Source: Octopus sinensis
Taxonomy: Eukaryota
Assembly (NCBI RefSeq): GCF_006345805.1
Contig: NC_043007.1
Location: forward strand, 9,610,001-9,674,000
Direction of reading: 5' to 3'
DNA length: 64,000 nt
The position numbers were made by a program, and so were the translations under genes. Positions 35,930 through 49,143 of the stretch are shown here, one piece after another. The notes under the pieces were generated by a model. The model searched no databases, was not told the DNA's origin, and saw nothing but the letters and a program-made list of their open reading frames with translations. How positions within the stretch are numbered: position 1 is the first letter of the stretch; every line of letters begins with the position of its first letter.

Positions 35930-36360
35930 TAACATTAGTTTCAAATTTTGGCACAAGGCTAGCAATTTCGGGTGAGGGGTTATGTCGATTACATCGATTT
36001 CCCAGTGCTCCGAAAGAGTGCAATTCAAAACTCGACCTCGGCGGAATTTGAACTCAGAAGGTAAAGACGGAGAAAATGCCGCTAAGCAATTTGCTAGGCG
36101 CGGTATCGATTTTGCCAGCTCGCCCTGTAATATTAAGAAAGTGGTAAGGAGGCGAGCTGGCAGAATCATTTGCACGCGGGGCAAAAAGCTTAGCGACGTT
36201 TCGTCCATCTTTGCGCTCTGAGTTCAAATTCCACCGAGGTTGACTTTATCTTTCATCCTTTCGAGGTCGATAAAATAAGTACCATTTGAGCACTGGGGTC
36301 GATGTAATTGACTTGCCGTCACTCTCGAAATTGCTGGCCTTGTGCCAAAATTTGAAACTA
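35930..36360. mobile_element. Head-to-head pair of degenerate SINE-C copies
   Basis: Minus copy ending GCCAGCTCGCC at about 36123; plus copy starting GGCGAGCTGGCAG at about 36150. Confidence 0.75.
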
Positions 36361-37337
36361 ATATTAATAAACGGGTGATGAAAGTTACGTTATCACAAAA
36401 TAAATCCACCTTCAACTTAAATTCCTTTCCCTTCTACCATAGTGAAAGGACCTAAAATTTATGAAGGTTACATCTATTCCACAGCTTCATTGGAACTTAC
36501 CCTGAAAGTATCAAAAGCAAAGTCGACCTCGCCGTTATCTGAAGTAAAAACGTAGAGACGGACTAAATGCGACTAAACATTTTATCCGGCTTGTTAACGA
36601 TTCTGCTAGCTGGTCGTCTTACCCCCAGCTCAAATTAAATGGAACTTAATTTGCACTTAATCACAGGATTATATTGTGACAATTTATTGTAGTTGTTCCA
36701 TAATCCAAATTAATATGTCTGCTAACATCATAAGTGATCTTTTGCGAATGAAATGTCGAATCAAGTAAGAATTAGTTAACAGTTCGTAATACACCAAGTA
36801 TGGTTGCACACTAATTGATTACCATCATGTTTCATCATTTAAAACTCAAGACACAAATGTATATTAATGTCAGCACACACAGTTCGTGTTTATGTGATCA
36901 ATCGAAGGTACGTATTTAAACGTCATCCTTTATTCTTCATCAGCTCTCACTTTCCATTCATCGCAAGCACAGATCTTTATTCGTTTCGGAAGTAACACAA
37001 GTACGTGACATTGAGAAGCCGCAAACACGGAGAAATACATAACTTTCCATTCGTCTCTCACTTTCTCTCTCTCTCATTCACAATTGTATGAAAATATACA
37101 TTCTCATATATAAATATGTGTGTGTGCATATGTGAGCGCGTCCGAGATTTGCAATATTTTACAATTGCATCAACTCACAATCAGAATGCAATGACAAAGG
37201 ATCAATTCGAACACACCCATACCTTTCTGTGTTGATAATAAATTAACCGCAACTAAAATTATTAAGGTAACTTCCAATGCCCCCTTACGCAGTCATTTGA
37301 AAAAAATATGGCATGCCAAGGTTACATACATAGAAAC

Positions 37338-37385
<48 letters not shown>

Positions 37386-37666
37386 GGGGGAGGCGGGGGA
37401 ACATTACCAGGTGGTCAGTGCGGTTAATAAAAACGTCATAGGTGCATATTACAAAATATTTTATAATTATATATATAATTATAACAAGGGGTCGCATTAC
37501 GTCTCACAACGCACTGCTAAAAAAAAGACGCTAAAGCTCCTATTACCACCTTAAAATCTCCGAGAAATAACACACCATAATGAAGGTAAGCAAAAGAAAA
37601 CTAATGAATCCACAAGGTTGGTCAATTCCGTGCCTGATTGGATTTCAAGCTTAAAGTATAATTAAA

Positions 37667-37770
37667 ATATATCACTGACTGCTATCGTCAGCGGAAGTAC
37701 TCCATAAGATAAATTTGCGAGTATTTATCTTATGGGGTACTTCTCCTGATGATAGCAGTAAGTGAAATAT
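37667..37770. other. Isolated 104-bp hairpin (48-bp arms, 8-nt loop)
   Basis: 37667-37714 pairs with 37723-37770; 6 non-Watson-Crick positions, 3 of them G-U on the plus-strand RNA. Confidence 0.9.
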
Positions 37771-37852
37771 TTAAATTTTACTTTAAGCTTGAAATCCGAC
37801 GGGTACGGATTTGACCAACCTTGTGGATTCTTAATATTTCCTTTGCTTACCT

Positions 37853-37884
<32 letters not shown>

Positions 37885-37890
<6 letters not shown>

Positions 37891-38430
37891 TTTGTACATG
37901 GGAAGTGCGTGACCTACGACGCAACTTTCCATGTGCACATTTCTCAAATGGCAACACTATGCAGGCGGGTGGCAGGTTGGATCCTTAGATCCTTCAGTGC
38001 CAGCAACAGATACACAATGCTTCTGCTTTGGAGAAGCTTTGTCCTCAGTCGTCTGGACTACTGCTCCCAGCTATGGTCCCCACAGAGTGTAGAGCTAATT
38101 GCAGAACTCGAAGCGATCCAACGCCACTTCACACAGGAGATAGATTCAGTAAAACAAATGGGCTACAGGGAGAGATTGAAGGAACTGGGACTCGACTCCC
38201 TAGAGAGAAGACATAAGAGATATACAATGCTATACATGTGAAAAATAATGGAGGATATGGCTCCAAATTTCGGAATTGAAATTTACAACAATCCCCGAAA
38301 TGGACGGCATAGCAAAGTACCAAAGGTCCCACTTTCTCCATCGAAGATACGAGCCCAATATTGTAATAGCTTGAGATTCAAGAGAACACAACTTTTTAAT
38401 GCCCTACTGTCAGGGATCTGCATGATGTAG
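37885..38430 (+). pseudogene. Old CR1-clade RT C-terminal fragment
   Basis: WILRSF, VLSRLDYCSQLWSP and LDSLERRHKRY; one stop; begins at (TA)n. Confidence 0.85.
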
Positions 38431-39594
38431 ACATGAATGAGTAGTAGGGTCACTGAAAATGTTTTCCTCCGTGGATTTTAAACTATGTTAAGTCATTTTG
38501 AATGTCCTTAATTATGAAGTTCATGAATTCATCTGACGAAAATGGCTTCTTATAATGATGTAATGTCTTCATTAATCAATTAACACTCGTTAGAATCAGC
38601 CGTAATGAATTGACATCTGTACATCTATTGTTACTCATTGATACATATATATACATGTTTGTATGTATGTATGTACGTCTGTGTTTTCTTGTGAGTGCTT
38701 GTGTGTATGTATGCATGTATGCATATATGCATGTTGTATATGCATATCATATCTATTATATTCCGTATTACACATGCGATTAATTAATACACATACGAAA
38801 ATTCCTGTTAACGACTATTCAATCAAAGTTTAATTATATCTTTGCTCTCAATAGCTATCAACCTTATTTCGTTGTTTTTTCCCCTACGTATATTCTATCG
38901 GTACTGTACCTAGGGGTCAACCATCTTCTCTGAGAAACTCTAGCAACATCGCATTTCCATTAATGCCGAGACTCCGTTGTTTAAATGAAAATATTGTCTT
39001 CGATAAAACTACGAAGTTTCAGCAAAATCTATTTTGCTACCTACTATAATGCAAAACCGATTAAGATCGAGCTAGCAACAGTTATGAAATATCTGCGATA
39101 TATAGTCTATGAGATACGACAGTTATCCTATATCTATGATTGTAAAAGGCTTTCAATGTCTTTAACAGCGAAACACATTACTTCCGCTTCAGAAAACGTG
39201 AATTTAACCTTGTCTGTATTGGCTGTCAGATTGACAATTTCCGCCGGTGTTCTGTGAAAAGACCAGACGAGATCGTTATCTGCTCTATGAAAGACGTTTT
39301 TATTTCGGAATCATCTTTAGTAATGGACAATTCCAAAATAACATGTCTTTAATCTAAAATATAACTGAATAATGACTTTTTCTCTTCCCCGCCCCCTACT
39401 CTATCACCCACCCTACCCTCTTAATTTCTAATGTTTCGTTTTTCATATACTTCTTAGAGTATATATTACATAGAGGTAGATTAAAAACAGAAAGAAACAA
39501 ATTACAAAATAAAAAAAAATATATATATTATAATAATAATAATAAAAAATAATGAACAAAAAGCAATAAACTTCCAAGATGTATAGGCTGATTG

Positions 39595-39629
39595 ATGGTC
39601 ATCATGGTGGTTGTGGAGATGATGATGCA

Positions 39630-39661
<32 letters not shown>

Positions 39662-40056
39662 CGAAGATGACGTCGACCATGTTGCTGCTGCTACTGCTGC
39701 TGACAATGATCGTGTTAGTGATGTTGTTGTAATGGTGTTCATGTTATTGGTTGTGGCGGTGATGGTGGTGATGACAGTGTTGTGAATATTGATATTAATG
39801 ATGGTGAGGATTGCGCTGTTGACGATGGCGATGATGATGATGACGATGATGAGGGGGAGGAGAAGGAGGAGGCGGAAATGACGACGACGATAATGGCGAC
39901 GTCAACGACGATGAGAGTGGTGGTGGTGATGGTAGTGGTGATAATGATGATGATGATGTATATGGCAATCATGAAGGCGGCGATGAAGACGACGACAATA
40001 ACGGCGTTGATGACGATCAGAAGGAGTATTTATGTGCATATAAGTAGTAGTGATGT

Positions 40057-40104
<48 letters not shown>

Positions 40105-40121
40105 CATCAGTAGCAGTAGTG

Positions 40122-40180
<59 letters not shown>

Positions 40181-40185
40181 TATGT
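39595..40185. repeat. Compound (GAT)n/(GGT)n/(AGT)n low-complexity tract
   Basis: Direct reading. Confidence 0.9.
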
Positions 40186-40849
40186 TGGCTGCGGTAATGT
40201 CACTACATGTCATTTTTTGCGTAGAGATAAAAAACCAAGTCTGAGTATATATTAGAACATTTATAGATAGAAGGTCTAACAGCTGTTTCCGGGAGATTCA
40301 TTAATTATATCCCTTCATCGGAGACAGCGTAAGAGGATGGTTAAGTAATAGTTAATTTAGATAGGATACAAAATAGAGAGTGAGGTGGAGGAAAGAAAAT
40401 AGATGTGAGATATGCAGGGATATAGAATTTGTAGATCCATTTTTTAGGCAGAATGGAATATGTATAAGATTCCAATACCTTATGAGAAAAATCCAACAGT
40501 ATATAAAATTTGTTCGTTCCAAGTATAAAGTTTATACACAAAGTAACATTCCAATAACTTATGAGCAAGAGATGACGTTTAAACCTTATCCTTTTGGTTA
40601 CACTTCTATTAATGTTACGATTAAAGAAGAATACAAAAACATAAAATGAATTTTTTGTTTTCTGTCGTAAACTGAGGGATTCATTCGTCGTTTTGAGAAA
40701 AATAAGGTACGCCTTACCGTATTTCTGCTATACGTTCAATTCAGACACAAGCTTTGAACACAGCGAGGAACTACGATGTGATGTATGTATGTATATTTGC
40801 ATGCATTTCTGTTCTCTGCTATTTTTCGTTATTTGCAGCACACGGTTGA

Positions 40850-41034
40850 GTTCGCAATGAAAGCTAGCAGGGTCCTTCATGAGGCAGTGTGCCGAATGAA
40901 ATCGCTGTTTTTACTTCGCATGTTGTGAAATCTGTGTTTTTGTTAAAACGTGTATGCAGTATTTTGTCATGAACAGGTACAAAGAGCCACCGGAAAATTT
41001 CATGTTAAACTTGGGAAGTCTGCTACAGAGACAT
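40850..41034 (+). mobile_element. Mariner 5' fragment
   Basis: AAATTTCATGTTAAACTTGGGAAGTCTGCTACAGAGAC translates KFHVKLGKSATET, typical of the transposase N-terminal HTH. Confidence 0.5.
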
Positions 41035-41073
41035 TGGCGTAGGAGTGGCTGTGTGGTAAGTAACTTGCTTACC
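41035..41073 (+). mobile_element. SINE-A head, interrupted (continues at 42230)
   Basis: GGCGTAGGAGTGGCTGTGTGGTAAGTAACTTGCTTACC. Confidence 0.85.
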
Positions 41074-42229
41074 TCATTGCGCATGAGCGAAATAGAATTG
41101 TGTTTGACACCGTAGCGGTAAGACGTGCTTTTGATGCCGTCTTAAATTGAAGACTTTTGAAACACAGCTGAAAGGTAAGACTTCCTTCTGTCTAGTGAGA
41201 GCCTGTTGTATGTCGCAATTATTTTTACAAACAAGAAGTCCTCACTAGACTTTAGTCTGCCTGAGGCTGAGTGAAAATATTTATTCACTTAATTGTGAAA
41301 ATTATTGGTTTGGTGGGCGTATCCTGCCAAAAAAGCTTTTGTTTGAAAATAGTGTTTCAACAATATTGTTCCTGTCAAGAAAATTGGAATGATTTTTTAA
41401 CTGTTTTACAATTGTGTTAAAATTTTGGCCCGGAGTACCGAGCCGCCTTTGCTGTGTTTTGAACTGTTGCTCTCTCTTTTTCTATTTTTATTCTAAAAAA
41501 AACTCTTTATTGAACTGTTAATTTTTTTCCTTCCTTTTGTTTGGACTTTTTTCTTCTTCTTTATTTTTAATTATTTTATATTTTAACAACTGTATTTTTG
41601 GACTTTTTAAATACAAAAAACATGGCAAATAGCAATGAAAAGTTGGTGGATTGGGAAATTACACCACCCAAAAGATGGTTAAAGGAACTGAAAGTAAGAC
41701 GGTGGTTTTGAGAACCTACTCTAGGACCCTCGACGCCATTGCCGTTTTCAGAAAGGATATAATCGAAAGAGAGCTGGCAGATTTTAAGCCAGCGATTAAG
41801 CTTATCACTCGGGGGGGTCAGATGTGCAACCGTGTGATTGCTGTTTGACTCCCCAGAAGTGGCCCGTGAATTTGCATGCCAACCCCAAGGAGGGCAATGA
41901 AATTTTGTTTCTTCCCACTTATTGTGGGAAGAGTTTGACGAGGGAAAGGAGATACTATCTGCTGGGGTCTGGGTGGCAGTAGCACCAGGCTCCTCAGCGT
42001 AAATGTTCTGCCTGCGACTGACTGGGAGGGGTCAAAAGCTATTTTGACCCTATGGACCCAGTCAGACGAAATTCTGGTATTTCAATGTTTTAGAGAAGCA
42101 GAAAATCGGCGGGCGATTTTTACCTTCTCTCATCAATATCATCCTTATTTTAACATTCACCTCATCAATGTATAGTCCAGCCTGCAAGCAACTCTTTGTA
42201 ATGCCTTTATGGCAAATTTTAATGAAATA
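41074..42229 (+). mobile_element. Internally deleted Tx1/L1-like LINE (5' UTR + ORF1 start + short 3' end)
   Basis: KTVVLRTYS..FDSPEVARE..ILFLPTYCGK resembles KTVVYKVYS..FDSADVARE..IMLLPTYMGK of ORF1 at 9743; 16-bp TSD (13/16 identical) at 41058-41073 and 42230-42245. Confidence 0.75.
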
Positions 42230-42608
42230 AAGTAGCTTTCTTAGCAACCTCATGGTTCCGGGTTCAGTCCCAAGGCGTGGTACCTTGAGCAAGTGTCTTC
42301 TACTATAGCCTTGGGCCTACCAAATCCGTGTGAGCGGATTTGGTAGACGGAAACTGAAAGAAGCCTGTCGTATATATATGTGTGTGTGTGCGTGTGTATT
42401 TGTATGCTTGTGTTTGCACCCCCCCACATCGTTTGACAACCGATGCTGGTGTATTTACGTCCCCGCAACTTAGCTGTTTGGCCGATAGAATACGTACTAG
42501 GCTTACATAGAATAAGTCCTTGGGTCGATTTGCTCGACTAAAGGCGGTGCTCCAGCATGGCCACATTCAAATGACTGAAACATGTAAAAGAGTAAAAGTA
42601 AAGAGAAA
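42230..42608 (+). mobile_element. Remainder of the interrupted SINE-A
   Basis: Resumes AAGTAGCTTTCTTAGCAACCTCATGGTTCCGGG and runs to the tail. Confidence 0.9.
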
Positions 42609-42785
42609 GAGAGTACACCACTATGCCTGCTCTTATATATTATACTTTATTGTTCTTATTTCTCCCCAGAATGTATTAGTTTGTAAGCTCATTTCCCAAA
42701 TAGATTTCTTCAAGACATTTAACCTATTATTTTAATATAATCTCGAGCCCTTACCGTCACAGTATTTTGTAAACATGTGTTTATA

Positions 42786-43662
42786 TACGAAGTCTGATCA
42801 ATAAGTATCCGTACTGTTACCATAATAATGAAGCTAAAGCACAGAGTGAAGCTACTTGGCAAAAATTGACCTTGAACTGTGCTGTGCGTAGGCAATAAGT
42901 GTTAACATTGTAGCTCACTTCTGCTTTACACAAGTGCTTAGAAGGAAGGTGTGTAACGTGTAATCGTCGCATTGACCATGACAAAGAAAGTTGTCACGGC
43001 GATACCTGCTGAGAGGCCTACGCAAAGTTGCAGAATGTTTAAGGAGAGAAGTGTATGAGCAAGACACAATTGTACGAGTGGTTCAGATGTTTCCAAGACG
43101 GCCGAAAAAATGTCGATAGTGACGAACGTTCTGGGAGACCCACAACCACCAGAACTGAGAAAAACATCGCAAATGTGCGTGCAGCTGTGAGGGGAAATCC
43201 TCGAATCACCATCGGTGAGTTATCAGAGGATATGCAGGTCAGTTACAGTTAAGTTCAGTCCATTATCACTGAAGATTTGAGTATGGGACGCGTGTCTGCC
43301 AAGTTTCTACCAAAACTGCTTTCGGCTGACCAAAAAGACACTCGGGTTTCAGTTGCACAAGATCTCTCTGACTGTGTAGAGAACGATGAAGATAATTTGA
43401 AAACTTTGCGTAGGCTTCGGAGCGGGTAGCACGAAGCTTATGACAAAATTTGATGCATATTCTTTGCTCAACATTCTCTGTCATGTTCAATACAACTATC
43501 ACACGCTACACACCTTCCCTCCAAGCACTGGTGTAAACAGTAGAAGTGAACTACAACGTTAAAACTAAAACTTAGGGTCAATCTGTGCCAAGCGGCTTAA
43601 CCCGCAACCTTTTGCTTCGTTACTATAATAATGGTCCAGATACTTATTGATCAGACATCGTA
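42786..43662. mobile_element. Mariner-derived element made of two inverted 5' ends
   Basis: TIR TACGAAGTCTGATCAATAAGTATC matches the other end 23/24 including TA; forward MSKTQLYEWFRCFQDG..SGRP and reverse MTENVEQRICIKFC. Confidence 0.9.
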
Positions 43663-43700
43663 TGTCTATAAGCTCAAATTATATTTAACATTGTGTGTGT

Positions 43701-44080
43701 GGAAGCACTCCGTCGGTTACGACGACGAGGGTTCCGGTTGATCCGAATCAACGGAACAGCCTGCTCGTGAAATTAACGTGTAAGTGGCTGAGCACTCCAC
43801 AGACACGTGTACCCTTAACGTAGTTCTCGGGGATATTCAGCGTGACACAGAGTGACAAAGCCGGCCCTTTGAAATACAGGTACAACAGAAACAGGAAGTA
43901 AGAGTGAGAGAAAGTTGTGGTGAAAGAGTACAGCAGGGATCACCACCATCCCCTGCCGGAGCCTCGTGGAGCTTTAGGTGTTTTCGCTCAATAAACACTC
44001 ACAACGCCCGGTCTGGGAATCGAAACCGTGATCATATGACCGAGAGTCCGCTGCCCTAACCACTGGGCCATTGCGCCTCC
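43701..44080 (-). mobile_element. Full-length SINE-B, present only in duplication unit 1
   Basis: 13-bp TSD ACATTGTGTGTGT at 43688-43700 and 44081-44093; empty site at about 46412. Confidence 0.95.
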
Positions 44081-44479
44081 ACATTGTGTGTGTATATCTA
44101 TGTATAAGAGTTCTTTATGAATATTACTATATCTATCAACTAAGGATATGTTTTATATCTGTTTAACGCCGTCACTATTATCATTGTTTAACGTCCGCTT
44201 TCCATGCTAGCGTGTCCTGGACGAATTCACAAGATCTGATGATTTCAAGAGCTACATCAGTCTCCAGTGTCTGCTTTTGATATTTCTTCTGCAGTTGGTT
44301 AGCCTTATTATATTCTCCAAAATCTGTTTTATATATGTTTATATATTCCAACAAATACGTTTTTTATCTTTTTGCTTTGATGTCGTCGTCTCAGGTTCTA
44401 CAAATAAGCTCACCTACACATTTCGCACTGCATACCCGTAAAGGTTCCTATGATGGGTGATGACGGAATAAACCGTCAT

Positions 44480-44938
44480 TCATCTCGCTAAAAATAGCAG
44501 CTAAACCTCCCTGAAATGAATTCTATTTCTCTTGAAATATTTAAGAGCGCAATTAACAAATGCGGTCCATAGTATAATCGCAGACGTCACATTTAGAAAA
44601 CGCTAGAAAAAGTAGCCAAATTTTCCGCAAATGTGAAATGTAAAATTACAATTAACAAATACAGTCCACGATTTAACCGCAGACGTGATATTTAGAAAAA
44701 GCTAGATAAAAACAAGCAAATTTTCTGCAAATGATATACATTCTTCGGGAAATGTAAGAGTGTAATTAACAAATGCACTCCATGATATAAGCGCGGACGT
44801 GATACTTAGGGACAGCTAGAAAAAGGAGCCGAATTTTCCATAAATAGTATCCTTCCATCGTGAAATGTAAGAGTGCAATTAAAAACTGCTGTCCCTGACT
44901 TAAGTGCAGACATGATATTTAGAAAAAGCTAGAACAAG
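44480..44938 (+). repeat. Diverged ~100-115-bp minisatellite (about 4 units)
   Basis: Recurrent AATTAACAAAT.C.GTCCA..GCAGACGTGATATTTAG..GCTAGAAAAA..CAAATTTTCCGCAAATG. Confidence 0.85.
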
Positions 44939-44971
44939 GGTTTTTTTGTGTTTGTGTGGTATGTATATATA

Positions 44972-45030
<59 letters not shown>

Positions 45031-45510
45031 CATATATATATATATACATACATATATATATACATATATATATACATATATATACTTATATATATATATA
45101 TGTATACTCACACTCACACATAGCATGACCACACACAATTTCACGCGCACACATACACCTACTCATGCGCGCACGCAAACATACTTATCAGACAGATGCG
45201 ATCAAGATAGCAGTAATGCACAATATCTATCTCCCCCCTCTCTCTCTCTCTCCCTCTCCTTCTCTCTCTCTCTCTCTCTCTTACCTTCTCTTTCCGTTTG
45301 TCTGTCTCTCCCTCTCTACTCTACCTCTCATCTTCTCTTTCTCCACTATGCCTGCTCTTATATATTATACTTTATTGTTCTTATTTCTCCCCAGAATGTA
45401 TTAGTTTGTAAGCTCATTTCCCAAATAGATTTCTTCAAGACATTTAACCTATTATTTTAACATAATCTCGAGCCCTTACCGTCACAGTATTTTGTAAACA
45501 TGTGTTTATA

Positions 45511-46387
45511 TACGAAGTCTGATCAATAAGTATCCGTACTGTTACCATAATAATGAAGCTAAAGCACAGAGTGAAGCTACTTGGCAAAAATTGACCTTGA
45601 ACTGTGCTGTGCGTAGGCAATAAGTGTTAACATTGTAGCTCACTTCTGCTTTACACAAGTGCTTAGAAGGAAGGTGTGTAACGTGTAATCGTCGCATTGA
45701 CCATGACAAAGAAAGTTGTCACGGCGATACCTGCTGAGAGGCCTACGCAAAGTTGCAGAAAGTTTAAGGAGAGAAGTGTATGAGCAAGACACAAATGTAC
45801 GAGTGGTTCAGATGTTTCCAAGATGGCCGAAAAAATATCGATAGTGACAAGCGTTCTGGGAGACCCACAACCACCAGAACCGAGAAAAACATCGCAAATG
45901 TGCGTGAAGCTGTGAGGGGAAATCCTCGAATCACCATCGGTGAGATATCAGAGGATATGCAGGTTAGTTACAGTTAAGTTCAGTCCATTATCACTGAAGA
46001 TTTGGGTATGGGACGCGTGTCTACCAACTTTCTACCAAAACTGCTTTCGGCTGACCAAAAAGACACTCGGGTTTCAGTTGCACAAGATCTCTGTGATTGT
46101 GTAAAGAACGATGAAGATAATTTGAAAACTTTGCGTAGGCTTCAGAGCGGGTAGCACGAAGCTTTTGACAAAATTTGATGCATATTCTTTGCTCAACATT
46201 CTCTGTCATGTTCAATACAACTATCACATGCTACACACCTTCCTTCCAAGCACTGGTGTAAACAGTAGAAGTAAACTACAACGTTAAAACTAAAACTTAG
46301 AGTCAATCTGTGCCAAGCGGCTTACCCCGCAATCTTTTGCTTCGTTACTATAATGACGGTCCAGATACTTATTGATCAGACAGCGTA
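45511..46387. mobile_element. Second copy of the two-5'-end mariner element (via duplication)
   Basis: Near-identical to 42786-43662 including flanks. Confidence 0.9.
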
Positions 46388-46485
46388 TGTCTATAAACTC
46401 AAATTATATTTAACATTGTGTGTGTGTGTATATCTATGTATAAGTGTTCTTTATGTATATTACTATATCTATCAACTAAGGATAT

Positions 46486-46698
46486 TTCTTTTCTTTTCTT
46501 TTACTTGTTTCAGTCATTTGACTGCGGCCATGCTGGAGCACCGCCTTTAATCGAGCAACTCGACCCAGGACTTATCTTTTGTAAGCCAGTACTTATTCAT
46601 CGGTCCCTTTTGCGAACCGCTAAGTTACGGGGACATAAACACACCAGCATCGGTTGTCAAGCAATGCTAGGAGGACAAACACAGACAACAAACACACA

Positions 46699-46748
<50 letters not shown>

Positions 46749-46886
46749 GACGGGCTTCTTTCGGTTTCCGTCTACCAAATCCACTCACAAGGCTTTGGTC
46801 GGCCCGAGGCTATAGTAGAAGACACTTTCCCAAGGTGCCACGCAGTGGGACTGAACCCGGAACCATGTGGTTGGTAAACAAGCTAC
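46486..46886 (-). mobile_element. 5'-truncated SINE-A, present only in duplication unit 2
   Basis: Empty site AAGGATATGTTTTATATC at about 44143; no TSD. Confidence 0.92.
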
Positions 46887-47221
46887 GTTTATATCTGTTT
46901 AACGTCGTCACTATTATCATTGTTTAACGTCCGTTTTCCATGCTAGCGTGTCCTGGACGAATTCACAAGATCTGATGATTTCAAGAGCTACATCAGTCTT
47001 CAGTGTCTGCTTTTGATATTTCTTCTGCAGTTGGTTAGCCTTATTATATTCTCCAAAATCTGTTTTATGTATGTTTATATATTCCAACAAATGTGTTTTT
47101 TATCTTTTTGCTTTGATGTCGTCGTCTCAGGTTCTACAAATAAGCTCACCTACACATTTCACACTACATACCCGTAAAGATTCCTATGATGGGTGATGAC
47201 GGAATGAATGGTCATTCATCT

Positions 47222-47965
47222 CGCTAAAAATAGCAGCCAAATCTCCCTGAAATGAATTCTATTTCTCTTGAAATTTAAGAGCGCAATTAACAAATGCGGT
47301 CCATAGTATAATCGCAGACGTCACATTTAGAAAACGCTAGAAAAAGTAACCAAATTTTCTACAAGTGTGAAATGTAAAATTACAATTAACAAATACAGTC
47401 CACGATTTAAGCGGAGACGTGATATTTAGAAAAAGCTAGATAAAAACAACCAAATTTTCTGCAAATGATATACTTTCTTCGGGAAATGTAAGAGTGCAAT
47501 TAACAAATGCACTCCATGATATAAGCGCGGACGTGATACTTAGGGACAGCTAGAAAAAGGAGCCGAATTTTCCGTAAATAGTATCCTTCCATCGTGAAAT
47601 GTAAGAGTGCAATTAAAAACTGCTGTCCCTGACTTAAGTGCAGACATGATATTTAGAAAAAGCTAGAACAAGGTGCCAAATTTCCCGCAAATGATATCCA
47701 TCCATCGTGAAATGTAAAAGCGCAATTAACATCTAGAAAAAGATAGAAAAAGGTGCCAAATTTTCCGCAAATTATATCAATCCATCGTGAAATGTAAGGG
47801 TGCAGTTAACAAATACAGTCCATAATATAAGAGCAGACGTGATATTAGGAAAAAAGCTAGAAAAAAGTTGCTAAATTTTCTGTAAATGATATCCAACCAT
47901 CGTGAAATATAAGTGTCCAATTAACAAATACAGTCCTTGATATAAGCGCAGAGGTGATATTTAAG
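47222..47965 (+). repeat. Same minisatellite, longer array (about 7 units)
   Basis: Same unit motif as 44480-44938. Confidence 0.85.
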
Positions 47966-48129
47966 TCTGGCCTGAGAGAAAATAAGCATCATGGCAAACA
48001 TCATGGTAGCAACAGAAACCACAGCAATAATGTATACATCCGGGTTTTTTGGTGGGTACAGTAAATTGACTTAAGATTTTGAGAGTGACTTTTTAGCAAT
48101 TAGCCTTACAATTGTAATTATCTTAGTCA

Positions 48130-48430
48130 TCGTCATCGCCATCGCCATCGGCACATCGAGGTCACTAATGTAGTCTTCATCGTCGTCGTCTTCATCGCAG
48201 TTATCATCACAATGGTCCACAACGTTGTCGTCTTCATTACCACGATTTTCACCATCGTCAACACATGACCATCGAAGTGGTCATCGTTGTCATCATGATC
48301 ATCATCAGCAGCAGCAGCAGCGCCTGCATCGTCGTCGTCGTCGTTATCGTTTCTAACGTCATCATCATCATCATCATCAACACAACCATCATCTTATTCG
48401 TCGTCGTCATCGCTGATGTCGCCGTTGTCG
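48130..48430. repeat. (CAT/CGT)n low-complexity tract
   Basis: Direct reading. Confidence 0.85.
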
Positions 48431-48938
48431 TCGAAGGCAGTTATTGCTGCATCTTTATCAATATACCAATATATCGATATCATATTACATAACGTTACTT
48501 GTGAAACGTACATCCGTTGTAATATTACACAAATACAGGGTACGCGCATAGATGCTTGTCTGTGTGTGTGTGTGCGTGCGCGGGCAAGCATTGTCCTGTA
48601 CCAGAGTGTGAATGTTAGTGCATGTATATGATTAGTACGTGTTTATAAAGACGCACATATATGTATATATGTGTGTGTATCGATATTTCTAAATACAAAT
48701 ACAAATATAGGTCTGTTCATGTACACACACACACACACACATATATACAGATATGAATACATATATGTATATATATATGTATATATATATAATACATATA
48801 TATACATATGTATATATATAATAATATACACACTCGTACATACGTACACATATTATACATGTATATTTCTAGATATATAGACATAAATATAGCATCCGCA
48901 CACACACACACACGTAGGGTATTTTGTGTGTTTGTGTG

Positions 48939-48985
<47 letters not shown>

Positions 48986-49099
48986 TAATATATATATTAT
49001 ATACATATTATAACATATATATTATACATACATATATATACATATATATATTATATATATATATATACATATATATATACATATATATATTATATATAT

Positions 49100-49143
<44 letters not shown>

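Noticed and set aside
37745-37775. CTGATGA...GAAA in the hairpin right arm as a hammerhead
   Set aside because: No stem II or stem I pairing.
44480-47965. CRISPR-like array
   Set aside because: Whole units are homologous with no unique spacers; eukaryotic context with no cas genes.
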